Source: Verrucomicrobiota bacterium (GTDB lineage Bacteria > Verrucomicrobiota > Lentisphaeria > Victivallales > UBA1829). From it: a stretch of 43,870 nucleotides of DNA. The number at the start of each line of letters is the position of its first letter. The stretch's first letter is position 1. The notes beneath the pieces were generated by a model. It ran no database searches and was not told where the DNA came from. It saw only the letters and a list, made by a program, of their open reading frames with translations. The position numbers and the translations under genes were made by a program. Location: NCBI GenBank assembly GCA_022703965.1, contig JAKJHH010000002.1:1-43870 (forward strand), given 5' to 3'. Below are positions 26,703 through 35,464 of the stretch, piece by piece.

Positions 26703-27569
26703 TCATTTTGCGACATCAGAAAAGGAAGCTCTGTATTCTCCCGGACTCATGCCGCAAAGTTTTCTGAAGAGTCTTGTAAAGTAACTCTGCCGTGTGAATC
26801 CCGTCATGTCAGCTACCTCGCAAAGACTCAGATCAGAGGCAGATATAATACTCTTGGCAAGTTCTATCCTTTTCTGCTGTATATACTTATTGATGGTTAT
26901 ATCTTCTTCTTTCCGGAATATCGTATTGATGTAATTAGGATGCATGGACATCTCCCCGGCAATTCCGATAATACTGAGAGTATTAACGCTTAAATCCCTC
27001 TCGACAATACTTTTAATGCGTGATACTATGCGTCGTACAGGCTGTTCAGTATCCTGCCTTGCACCCTGCATAAGAAGCTTGATCCCAAGAAAACATAGAT
27101 CGAACTGAAGCATGGATGTCCTGAAACTGCCGCTTTCTTCATTTCCGGCTTTCACCGCTTCCTTATGCTTATGCAGAAAATTCTCGGTATCAAGTCGATT
27201 CAGATGCCGTATCAGATACGAGGCACTCTCCATGCCCCCGCAAATCTCTTGCAGAGGAGTCAGAAGATATTGTCCGTTCTCATCCCTGAAACGCCAGATG
27301 AGAGTCGTATGCTCAGCCCCGCTTCTGCTGTTGACAATAAAACGATGCGGCACAAGAGGATTGATGAAAAGCAGGCTGTTAAGAGGCAGATTCAAGATAG
27401 GAGAGCCTTCAATTTCCGCGCGATATTCCCCCCTGCTGCAAAGGATCATGTGATATGAAGGGTGCATATGAACGTTATCTCCGTATTTCCGGTAGAATTC
27501 CTTTTTCAGATATTCTATCTCCATGCAGTAATTACGTCCTTCAAACTGAATGAGACATCCTGATTTCAT
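26703..27569 (-). CDS. AraC-family transcriptional regulator (cupin-like N-domain + HTH)
   Basis: The C-terminal HTH is IAGEMSMHPNYINTIFRKEEDITINKYIQQKRIELAKSII...VADMTGFTRQSYFTRLFRK. The start is uncertain: ATGs lie at 27635, 27569 and 27524. I chose 27569 because the first 22 codons of the long ORF look non-protein-like and a TATAAT box at 27606-27611 (minus strand) lies inside them. Confidence 0.7.
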   Translation of the reverse strand: MKSGCLIQFEGRNYCMEIEYLKKEFYRKYGDNVHMHPSYHMILCSRGEYRAEIEGSPILNLPLNSLLFINPLVPHRFIVNSRSGAEHTTLIWRFRDENGQYLLTPLQEICGGMESASYLIRHLNRLDTENFLHKHKEAVKAGNEESGSFRTSMLQFDLCFLGIKLLMQGARQDTEQPVRRIVSRIKSIVERDLSVNTLSIIGIAGEMSMHPNYINTIFRKEEDITINKYIQQKRIELAKSIISASDLSLCEVADMTGFTRQSYFTRLFRKLCGMSPGEYRASFSDVAK

Positions 27570-27670
27570 AAGACACCGATAATTTGTTTTGTGTAATGAT
27601 ATTCTATTATATAAGCTTAAACAAATCAACAGCATATTTGTTTTGTGAAACTCTTCTTCCTTTTGTGTTA

Positions 27671-27699
27671 TTGTCTAAATGAGTCGGACAGCATATAAT
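27671..27699 (+). promoter_or_regulatory. Candidate sigma70-type promoter for the 2-hydroxyacid dehydrogenase gene
   Basis: TTGTCT (27671-27676) - 17 nt - TATAAT (27694-27699). If real, it excludes the ATG at 27679 as the start codon. Confidence 0.35.
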
Positions 27700-27726
27700 T
27701 CTATTAACAGGACAGGGAAATCAAAT

Positions 27727-28752
27727 ATGAATAAAAGACGTGTCATTCTGGCGATTCCGCGCGACTTCCACCGCTTCAACGATCTCTGGACGGAAGAAGC
27801 CGTCAAAAAAGCTGTCGAGCTTGAAATAGAAGTGAACTTCATTGATAAAACGCCTAAGACTAAAAAGGAATGGGCAGATGTCCTGACGGGTTATGAAGTA
27901 CTGATAAGTTCATGGTGTACTCCGGTTCTGGACGCTGAAGTTCTGGCTGACAATTCAACTCTTCGCCTCGCCGCCCATGCGGCAGGCTCGGTCGCTGATC
28001 TTGCCGGAGCTCTTCCTAGAAACGATATCAGAATTTCAAGCGCCAATGAACTCATGTCCACGGCGGTGGCCGAATGGTGCACTGCAATGAGCTGGACAGG
28101 GCTTTCAAACATGCTCAAATACTCCAACTTCGGCGGACGCACACCGATGAACTGGAACAAGCAAAGCAAAGATTTCCGCTACATCAGAAACTCGAAAATC
28201 GGAATATGGGGCTACGGCAGCATCAGCGCAAACTACATCAAAAGACTGCTCCCCTTCGAACCTGCTTCGATCATGGTTAACAGCAGACACGGCAGTTTTC
28301 AGGATAAGATTGTTAAAAACGCAAGCCTTGAGGAAATTTTCAGCACGGCCGACCTGATTGTCCTGCTTGCAGCTCTGACAGACGAAAATATCGGCAGAAT
28401 AAATAAGGATTATCTTAAGCTTATGCGTCCAGGCGCGGTTCTCATGAATCCCGGACGAGGCCGTCTTGTCGATGAAAAAGATCTGTTGGAAGCTTTGCCA
28501 AATGGAAAATTCACCTTCATTTCCGACACATTTCACAGAGAACCACTGCCGGATAACGATCTGCTGCAATCCTTCCCGAATGTGATCTTGACGCCTCACT
28601 GTGCAGGCTCGAATACATCCTGTTACGTCCCTGTGATGCTTGAGGAGGCTTCCCGCTTTTTTGACGGAACTCCATTGCGATACGAAGTTGATCTCTCACG
28701 CATTGCCACAATGACCAAAAACAGTCTGAACAGTGCCGGAAAGAGTTCCTGA
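27727..28752 (+). CDS. D-isomer-specific 2-hydroxyacid dehydrogenase family protein
   Basis: NAD-binding segment IGIWGYGSISANYIKRL. Catalytic-region motifs NPGRGRLVDEKDLLEAL and TPHCAGS are present. I preferred the start at 27727 (MNKRRVILAIP) over 27679 because of the predicted promoter position. Confidence 0.75.
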   Translation: MNKRRVILAIPRDFHRFNDLWTEEAVKKAVELEIEVNFIDKTPKTKKEWADVLTGYEVLISSWCTPVLDAEVLADNSTLRLAAHAAGSVADLAGALPRNDIRISSANELMSTAVAEWCTAMSWTGLSNMLKYSNFGGRTPMNWNKQSKDFRYIRNSKIGIWGYGSISANYIKRLLPFEPASIMVNSRHGSFQDKIVKNASLEEIFSTADLIVLLAALTDENIGRINKDYLKLMRPGAVLMNPGRGRLVDEKDLLEALPNGKFTFISDTFHREPLPDNDLLQSFPNVILTPHCAGSNTSCYVPVMLEEASRFFDGTPLRYEVDLSRIATMTKNSLNSAGKSS

Positions 28753-28756
28753 AAAT

Positions 28757-29557
28757 TCAGACAGGATTATCGGTATTTTTCCCGCAGTGCGGACATATGC
28801 GTCCGCCGCTTCTGGCGTTTTTGATTTCATCGACAAAGCCTGCGCCTAGAATACCGGCAGGCAGAGCGAACATGCCTATGCCGATAACTGAAATTATACT
28901 TGCCCATACTTTACCGGCAACGGTTACAGGGCACATGTCTCCGTAACCGACGGTCGTAAGCGTCGTGACGCCCCACCACATCGTAGCTGGAATGCTGGAG
29001 AAAAGCTCAGGCTGAGCTTCGTTTTCGCAATAATACATAATACTTGAGGATATGACAAGAAGAGTTCCCATCAGAACTGAACTCATCATCAGCTCATCTT
29101 TTCTGGAACGGAGCACATTTCTTATAAGAAGAATCGACGAGTAATAATGTCCGAGTTTCAGAATCCAGAGCATACGCAGGAGTCTTAGCGCTCTTAAAGC
29201 TCTGAGGTCGAAACCGGCAAGAGGCAGGTAAAAAGGCGCAACTGCAAGAATATCAATAAGCGACATCGGGCTTCGCACAAAACGAAAAAGTCCGCCAGGA
29301 AAGTCTCCGTAACGGGGATCGGCTGAACATGAAATCAATCTGGCAAGATACTCAAGAGTGAAGATGACGACTGAAAACACCTCAAAAATCTCAAGCTCTC
29401 TGCCAAAAGAACTCTGAATTGAAGGAAGAGTTCCAAAGACTACAGCAAGCACGTTGAGAACAATAAGTCCGGATATGAGAATCTGCACAAGATGTCCTGC
29501 CTTGCCCTTGGAACGTTCAAGCGTATCCCATATCATGACCTGAAACTTAGCCGCCAT
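28757..29557 (-). CDS. Voltage-gated-type (6TM) potassium channel
   Basis: K+ selectivity filter TTVGYGD. The S4-like segment RALRALRLLRMLWILKLG carries spaced arginines. The C-terminal tail contains CPHCG. The longest ORF starts at a TTG (29593) and overlaps trpD. The ATG at 29557 has an AAGGGGA RBS and I prefer it. Confidence 0.8.
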   Translation of the reverse strand: MAAKFQVMIWDTLERSKGKAGHLVQILISGLIVLNVLAVVFGTLPSIQSSFGRELEIFEVFSVVIFTLEYLARLISCSADPRYGDFPGGLFRFVRSPMSLIDILAVAPFYLPLAGFDLRALRALRLLRMLWILKLGHYYSSILLIRNVLRSRKDELMMSSVLMGTLLVISSSIMYYCENEAQPELFSSIPATMWWGVTTLTTVGYGDMCPVTVAGKVWASIISVIGIGMFALPAGILGAGFVDEIKNARSGGRICPHCGKNTDNPV

Positions 29558-29585
29558 GAAACTAATATCCCCTTTATTCCAACGG

Positions 29586-30626
29586 TCAGACAAGTCCGCC
29601 TGAAAGTTTTGTCAGAAGACGAAGTTTTTCTGTCGCGGCTCCGGTATCAATGGATTCTTCGGCGCGTCTGATTGCTTCATTCCAGCCGGAAGCCTTGTCG
29701 GCGGCAAGAATTGCGGCTGCGGCATTAAGGACGCATATTCTGCGGCGATGTCCGCGCTCCCTTCCTGCTACAATGTCCTTAAGTATTTCAGCGTTTTCAG
29801 CAGGACTCCCGCCTTTTATGTCCTCATGAACGGCGAGCGGAATTCCCAATTCTTCGGGACTTAGAATGTACTCATGTATGCGGTCTGTACAGGCTTCGCA
29901 GACAAAGCTCGGCCCGGTAACGGTAAGCTCGTCGAGTCCGTCCGAACCGTGGACGACGATAAGTTTTTTCATGCCCAGCATGATTCCTGCTTCGGCTACA
30001 AGACGGCAGAGATGTTTGGAGTAGACTCCGATGACTCCGCGCGCAGCTCCGGCAGGATTTGTCAGAGGACCTAGAATGTTGAAAATGGTTCTTATGCCAA
30101 GCTCCTTGCGGACAGGCATCGCATGTTTCATTGCCGGATGAAGTCCCGGAGCAAAAAGGAAGGCAATTCCGGCTCTGCTGAGACACTCCGCCATCTCTTC
30201 CTGACTCATCTCAATCCGGATGCCGAGAGCGGCGAAAACATCGGCGCTTCCCGATTTGCTGGAAACCGCGCGATTGCCGTGCTTTGCAATCGTAATTCCC
30301 GAACCTGCGGCTATAAAAGCGGCAGTGGTGGAAACGTTGATTGTATGCTGTCCGTCTCCTCCTGTTCCGCAGGTATCGACAGCTTCGGGATCGGCGCAGA
30401 AAACTTTCAGGGATTTTTCGCGCATCACGGAAGCGCCGCCAGCGATTTCGGAAGAGGTCTCGCCTTTCATTCTCAACGCTGTCAGCCAGGCGGCAAGTTT
30501 TACCGGAGACACATTGCCTGACATGATTTCATTCATTGCGGCTTTGCTTTCTTCACAGGAAAGAGTCTGTCGGTCAAGCAGCTTCAGAAGTGTTTCATTT
30601 ATAATATTCGAGTGTGTATTTGTCAT
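29586..30626 (-). CDS. trpD: Anthranilate phosphoribosyltransferase
   Basis: The canonical TrpD motifs are all present: CGTGGDG, AKHGNRAVSSKSGSADV, FLFAPGLHPAMKH, RKELGIRTIFNILGPLTNP. A 4-nt ATGA overlap links it to the upstream small gene. Confidence 0.85.
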   Translation of the reverse strand: MTNTHSNIINETLLKLLDRQTLSCEESKAAMNEIMSGNVSPVKLAAWLTALRMKGETSSEIAGGASVMREKSLKVFCADPEAVDTCGTGGDGQHTINVSTTAAFIAAGSGITIAKHGNRAVSSKSGSADVFAALGIRIEMSQEEMAECLSRAGIAFLFAPGLHPAMKHAMPVRKELGIRTIFNILGPLTNPAGAARGVIGVYSKHLCRLVAEAGIMLGMKKLIVVHGSDGLDELTVTGPSFVCEACTDRIHEYILSPEELGIPLAVHEDIKGGSPAENAEILKDIVAGRERGHRRRICVLNAAAAILAADKASGWNEAIRRAEESIDTGAATEKLRLLTKLSGGLV

Positions 30627-31024
30627 TTCTGTTTTCCGTCGTGGAGAGCGTTCAGTTTTTCATAGGAATTCTTCGCCTGCGGATACCATTCATGCCTGGG
30701 AAAAAGCTGCATGAAGCGTCCATACCAATAGATAGCGACATCAGGCATTGATTCTTTTTCCGCGCAAAGCGCAGCCGTATAGCAGAAATACGGAGCGTTT
30801 GCTGACTCCGGCACAATTATCATCGCTTTTTCGCATACTTTACGCGCATCGGGAAACATGTAGAGAAAGAGCTTCAGTTTTACAGCGTTCTCTATCATGT
30901 CAATGCTGGACGCCGAATTCGGTCTTGCGAAGCCGTTTTCAGCCATCTTCGTGCTTATCAGCGGAAGAAAAGAAAAAAACATCGCAATCAGAACCGGAAT
31001 CCCTATCAGTATTATCTTCTTCAT
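30623..31024 (-). CDS. Small N-terminally membrane-anchored protein, possibly TPR/helical-repeat-like, unknown function
   Basis: 133 aa. The TM anchor is IILIGIPVLIAMFFSFLPLI and the C-terminal part is helical and W/Y-rich. It is translationally coupled (ATGA) to trpD. Confidence 0.45.
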   Translation of the reverse strand: MKKIILIGIPVLIAMFFSFLPLISTKMAENGFARPNSASSIDMIENAVKLKLFLYMFPDARKVCEKAMIIVPESANAPYFCYTAALCAEKESMPDVAIYWYGRFMQLFPRHEWYPQAKNSYEKLNALHDGKQK

Positions 31025-31059
31025 AAACAGACCTTTTGTACCGTTCCTATTAATCTTGC

Positions 31060-31959
31060 TCAGATGCCGTTTTTTTCAATCCTTTTATCAGGGAAATGAA
31101 GCAGTATGAAATCCATCACGTCCTTTATGCTGAAAAGCGAGCTTTTTTCAAGGCCGGTATCCGGATAAAGCAGCATGGGCACCGGATTCATAGTATGAGC
31201 ACCTGTTGTGATGTCCTCGCAATTTCCGTGATCGCTGCAAAGGAGTATAGCCGTATTCTCCGGCAGTATCTCCGAAAGCTTGGCGATGAAAGTTCCGAGA
31301 TTATGCAGAACTCCGCTCAATTTTTCACGGCTTCTTTTGTGTCCTATCCTGTCCGTCATGAAATATTCAAAAAGCACAAAATCATAATTCTGCACTACTT
31401 TCAGCAGATCAAAGGCAGCGTCTTCAGGATCTCTCTTCGGAAGATCCTCGACATAATCCAGAGTCTCCCTTGTGATGTCATGAACCACCGCTTCATTTCT
31501 GCGCAAATCCGGCAGCCGGAAGACCCCTTGAGGTAGAGACTCGCTCATCACAGTCGTAACTGACGCATAGCGAAGCTCAAGAAGTTCGGCGGGACTGTGG
31601 CGTATGTACGAATTCGCAAAAGCAGGACGGTAGCCCCTTTCGAGCAGGACGGAATAGACGTTGCGCTTCCTGATAAGTTCACGCAGTGAAGGCCCCGGAA
31701 AAGCCTGCATGTGCATACCGCAGTACTCGGCAGCGTTGACTCCGGTGAAAAGTGTTGTCTGTCCGGTCGCGCTCTGCGGTATTCCTTCTACTCCCAGACA
31801 GGCATCCAGCGGAATTGAAAAGTTCTGAAGCAGATCGATAAAGCGTTTCGGACAGTATTCAGCATAAAGGGAATTCGCGAAGCCCTCCGCCGGAACTCCG
31901 AATCCGTCAACCATTATCATAATAAGTTTATCTGTCTGCTTTAAGAGCGGCCTTTTCAA
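31060..31959 (-). CDS. Alkaline-phosphatase-superfamily metalloenzyme (cofactor-independent phosphoglycerate mutase / phosphopentomutase-like)
   Basis: The metal-ligand-type motifs are IMIMVDGFG (N-terminal Asp), FMTDRIGHK and LLCSDHGN. It uses a TTG start with an AGGAA RBS. Internal ATG starts would truncate the first beta-strand. Confidence 0.6.
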   Translation of the reverse strand: MKRPLLKQTDKLIMIMVDGFGVPAEGFANSLYAEYCPKRFIDLLQNFSIPLDACLGVEGIPQSATGQTTLFTGVNAAEYCGMHMQAFPGPSLRELIRKRNVYSVLLERGYRPAFANSYIRHSPAELLELRYASVTTVMSESLPQGVFRLPDLRRNEAVVHDITRETLDYVEDLPKRDPEDAAFDLLKVVQNYDFVLFEYFMTDRIGHKRSREKLSGVLHNLGTFIAKLSEILPENTAILLCSDHGNCEDITTGAHTMNPVPMLLYPDTGLEKSSLFSIKDVMDFILLHFPDKRIEKNGI

Positions 31960-32005
31960 ACGTATATTCCTGCTGAGTTTAATTTTACATCATGGAATTT
32001 ATATT

Positions 32006-33415
32006 ATGAGTCTGCATTTTTACAGTCGATCATTGAAAATAAGCGTCGCATATTTACTGATGACCGGAACGATTCTGCTTTCATCAGCTCAGGAAGAGCC
32101 TAAACCGGGAGCCAGACTGGAAGTCCCGTCTCTTACGCAATTGGCGCAGGATCTTTCAGGATTTTCCGATACCGTTGTACCCGGCTCGGCCAGTACAGTT
32201 GTCCTTTTCACCGCGGCACTCGGTTTTAATCCATACCTTGCTGCCCTCGATACAAATTACAATATCGTTTTCTGCGTGTATCCGGCATATCCCGACCCTA
32301 CGACAGGCTTCCCTTCATGGGCGGCTTTTCTGGATAAAAAAGGAGATCACCTGGAATCCTCATTCTCCATAAAAAACAAGACCTATTTTATCCGTGACTT
32401 CTCGGGCAGAGTCATGATCAGCGATTCACAGGCTCTTGAATCTTCCGTTAAAACACCTGAAAAATGCACTGAAAGCGATGCGGATATCATCCTTTCGATC
32501 TATCCGGCATCCGCGATGAACGGACTTTCATTCAAAGATTACATGGACAAATACGGTTTCGCAGGAAAGGACAGTTCGGAACTCCCCGTAAACTCTTTCC
32601 TTTTCAACACTGCCGCCGCAGTTGTGGGACAGACTGATATGCTGGCAAACGAAATCTCATTCTCGCCTGAAGGAGTAAAACTCAAGACCGGATTTCATCC
32701 GAAGAAAAACTCCTCTCTCGAAAATATGATGAAAAACGCGTTTATAGCGGACTCAAAAGACTTGCCGCCTCTCTTTGATGATGTTCAGGCTGTACAGGCT
32801 TCCGCAAATCTCCCTGCTCTCAGTTCCGAACTTGTAGCAGCACTGAAGGCTGAAAGCAGTCTCTTTGCCTCGAAAAACGGCAGTGAATCAAAAATTCTTA
32901 ATGAGACTCTCATTGCCGCCGTTGAAAGCGGAGCATCCAAATTCTCGATTTCAGGAGCTGTCGACGGCAAGAGTTTTTCATCCCTCCGAGTTCGTCTGCA
33001 CTGCGCCAAAGAACAGAGTTTAGCGTTCAGACAGAAAATTGCCGCAATCGATGGGATTTCAAAGAGCGCACACGAAGGTTTTTTTCAAATCTACAGTAAA
33101 GGTGAAGGCGAAAAGACAAAAAGACTCTTTGTCCTGAGCAGTGATGACTCCATTACTTTCGTCTTCGGTAAAGACGGAGAAGAAGAGGCTTTTGCAGCTG
33201 CCTCTGTCACAAGCAAGACTTCTCCAGGTACCTTGCCGGAGCGGACTTTTCTGCACATCAAAACCACGGGCGACGATCCCGGAACTATCTCCGCTTCATC
33301 ATCACCCGAAGGCAAACTTCTTTTGAACTGCATGCTTCCGCCTGGAACAGTCAAAGGCATGCTGCCGACAAAACTAATTTCCAAGCCCGAAAAAAAGAAG
33401 AAAAAACAGCAGTAA
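32006..33415 (+). CDS. Secreted hypothetical protein with polybasic C-terminal tail
   Basis: 469 aa. It has a signal-peptide-like N-terminus (SRSLKISVAYLLMTGTILLSSA|QEE) and a Ser/Ala-rich body, and ends KPEKKKKKQQ. I recognised no family motif. Confidence 0.5.
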   Translation: MSLHFYSRSLKISVAYLLMTGTILLSSAQEEPKPGARLEVPSLTQLAQDLSGFSDTVVPGSASTVVLFTAALGFNPYLAALDTNYNIVFCVYPAYPDPTTGFPSWAAFLDKKGDHLESSFSIKNKTYFIRDFSGRVMISDSQALESSVKTPEKCTESDADIILSIYPASAMNGLSFKDYMDKYGFAGKDSSELPVNSFLFNTAAAVVGQTDMLANEISFSPEGVKLKTGFHPKKNSSLENMMKNAFIADSKDLPPLFDDVQAVQASANLPALSSELVAALKAESSLFASKNGSESKILNETLIAAVESGASKFSISGAVDGKSFSSLRVRLHCAKEQSLAFRQKIAAIDGISKSAHEGFFQIYSKGEGEKTKRLFVLSSDDSITFVFGKDGEEEAFAAASVTSKTSPGTLPERTFLHIKTTGDDPGTISASSSPEGKLLLNCMLPPGTVKGMLPTKLISKPEKKKKKQQ

Positions 33416-33439
33416 ATCCAAAACTTATTTTCTCTATAT

Positions 33440-34216
33440 TCATGCTTTTCCGCGGCTTTTTTCGCGGTAGGAGCCGGGAGTGCAGGAATTGCGCTCACGG
33501 AAGGCGAAGCTGAAAGCTCTTTCATTCGCGAATCCGCATTCGGCGGAGATTTCTTTGAGGCTCATCGGAGTGTTTGCAAGCAGAGAACGCGCTCTGTCCA
33601 GACGGCATTCCAGAGAAAAATCCTTGAGGCTTTTTCCGTAGTATTGCCTGAAAAGATGACGCAGATAGTCATTGCTGACTCCAACACGACGCGCGATTTC
33701 CCTGATTTTCGGAGGCTTGGCCGTCTCAACCGACGCAATACGCCGGGCTTCCGACACCACAAGAAAAGCCGGATCATGTTCCTCTCCGCTCTTCGAGTTC
33801 AACTCCCATATTATCGACTTCATCAAAGCGACTGCCCGCAAATTCTTTGCCTCTATTGAAGTCTCTTCCCTCCAATGCGTTATGTCTTCAAGCTCCATTA
33901 ATATCGATTGTTTTCCGAGAGACTTCAGAAGAAACGGACGATTCAGAATTTTCAAAATTTCAGGATCACTTACAGCAACCTGCACGCAATTGTCGATTCC
34001 GGCGCTTTTCATCTTCTGGTCGTGAGGCATATCCGGAGGATATATGACAAGGTCGCCGGGGGCAAAACTGATTTCAGTGCCGTCGGCACATTTTGTAAGA
34101 CCGCTACCTGAAGGATGATATACAAGTTCGTAACCGTTATGCGCATGCATATGACATGAATGAGTACTCGAAAGCACTCCTGCAAATGCAATGACAAATT
34201 CTGCTCCGTAGTCCAT
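33440..34216 (-). CDS. AraC-family transcriptional regulator (cupin N-domain + HTH)
   Basis: Cupin-like segment HMHAHNGYELVYHPSGSG...GDLVIYPPDMPHD. The C-terminal HTH is IREIARRVGVSNDYLRHLFRQYYGKSLKDF...ISAECGFANERAFSFAFR. The start is either 34216 (with an AAGGG RBS-like sequence) or 34279 (no RBS). Confidence 0.7.
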   Translation of the reverse strand: MDYGAEFVIAFAGVLSSTHSCHMHAHNGYELVYHPSGSGLTKCADGTEISFAPGDLVIYPPDMPHDQKMKSAGIDNCVQVAVSDPEILKILNRPFLLKSLGKQSILMELEDITHWREETSIEAKNLRAVALMKSIIWELNSKSGEEHDPAFLVVSEARRIASVETAKPPKIREIARRVGVSNDYLRHLFRQYYGKSLKDFSLECRLDRARSLLANTPMSLKEISAECGFANERAFSFAFRERNSCTPGSYREKSRGKA

Positions 34217-34341
34217 AGAATAAGCCCTTTTATGACCGATTGCGGGAATAGATAACCGTTTTCGGGAATAGTTAAGCATACAATTTCATTATAAAATATA
34301 ATTGTCAAACCGAAAAAGATAATAAACCAAAGAGGATTTAT

Positions 34342-35331
34342 ATGGAAAAGAGAATATTATTCACAGGCAAAGCTCAGGTCGAAATGGAGAACTTTGAAGT
34401 CAAAGCTCCCGGAGCAGGAGAACTGAAACTCAGAACTCTCGTAAGCCTTATGAGCACAGGCACGGAAAACATCGTCTTTAACCGTCTTTTTGAAGAAGGC
34501 ACAGGTTGGGCTGCATGGGTAAAGTATCCGTTTTATCCCGGCTATACCTCATGTCTTGTCGTCGAAGAAGTCGGCGAAGGCGTGACAAAATTCAAGAAGG
34601 GTGACAGAGTTGTTGCCCGTTGCGGACACGCTTCCGCTCACATCGTCAAAGAAGATTCCTGCATAGCGGTTCCGGACGGAATCAAAAATGATGAAGCCGC
34701 ATGGTTCGGTCTCGCTAAAATAGCAGCTATGGGGGCAAGAGCCGCCAAGCTCGGACTCGGCAAGTCAGTTGTAGTTGTCGGAGCAGGTCCTATCGGACAG
34801 ATGACCGCAAGATGGTGCGCAGCCGCAGGAGCAAATCCGGTCGTTATCGTGGACACCGTTGAAATGCGCGTTAAAATGGCATTGAAAGGCGGTGCGACTC
34901 ACGGCATCAGCCGTCCCCTTGGAGCGGCTAAGGAAGAGCTCGACGCAATATGTCCCGGCGGCCCGGATATCATCATTGACAGCACCGGACACTATCAGGT
35001 ATTTACAGACGTTCTGCATGCGGCAAAACGTTTCGGCAGAGTCGTGCTTCTCGGCGATACAGGAACTCCTTCCAAACAGTGTCTTACTCACGATGTCATG
35101 AACAAGGGACTCGAAATCGTCGGAGCACATGACTGTCATGAAGATCCGACATGGAATACAAGCATCATAACCGACTTGCTTTTCCGTCTCGTAAAGGCAG
35201 GACGTTTCAGTCTGTCGGGTCTCAATACTCACAATTTCACTCCTGAACAGAACGTCGAAGCCTACAAGACCGCCAACGAAAAGCGTGCCGAAACAATGGG
35301 CATCACCTTCACATGGCAGGCAGGTCTGTAG
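34342..35331 (+). CDS. Medium-chain dehydrogenase/reductase (MDR) family oxidoreductase, apparently lacking the catalytic-zinc GHE motif
   Basis: GroES-like N-domain. Rossmann motif SVVVVGAGPIGQMTARW. The usual GHE position reads YPGYTSC. An AGAGGA RBS is present. Confidence 0.75.
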   Translation: MEKRILFTGKAQVEMENFEVKAPGAGELKLRTLVSLMSTGTENIVFNRLFEEGTGWAAWVKYPFYPGYTSCLVVEEVGEGVTKFKKGDRVVARCGHASAHIVKEDSCIAVPDGIKNDEAAWFGLAKIAAMGARAAKLGLGKSVVVVGAGPIGQMTARWCAAAGANPVVIVDTVEMRVKMALKGGATHGISRPLGAAKEELDAICPGGPDIIIDSTGHYQVFTDVLHAAKRFGRVVLLGDTGTPSKQCLTHDVMNKGLEIVGAHDCHEDPTWNTSIITDLLFRLVKAGRFSLSGLNTHNFTPEQNVEAYKTANEKRAETMGITFTWQAGL

Positions 35332-35416
35332 ACCTGCACCCGAGTAGTGCGGTTCAGCTTCGCTTACCGCACGGAAAGACCTAGAAACGGGTAGCGACGG
35401 CAGTCCCTTGCCGTCG
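35320..35416 (+). other. Three consecutive stem-loops in the intra-operon spacer
   Basis: Stem-loop 1 is GCAGGTC-tgta-GACCTGC (35320-35337, spanning the TAG stop). Stem-loop 2 is GTGCGGT...ACCGCAC (35347-35372). Stem-loop 3 is CGACGGCA-gtccct-TGCCGTCG (35395-35416). None is followed by a U-tract. Confidence 0.4.
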
Positions 35417-35464
35417 AATCTTCGATAACACGAGGGAATAATAACAATACGAAAAGAGGAATTT

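Noticed and set aside
29558-29593. An 8-nt overlap (translational coupling) between trpD and the K+ channel, arising from the channel's TTG start.
   Set aside because: This is an artefact of taking the longest ORF. The in-frame ATG at 29557 has a better RBS. The genes stay closely linked (28 nt), but coupling by overlap is not supported.
29586-30626. The possibility that the orphan trpD is a TrpD2-like nucleic-acid-binding paralogue or a defence-associated phosphoribosyltransferase.
   Set aside because: All canonical catalytic motifs of true anthranilate PRTs are intact (GTGGDG, KHGNR, SGSADV, the HPAM region). No defence-type partner (nuclease, ATPase, reverse transcriptase, TIR and the like) is nearby.
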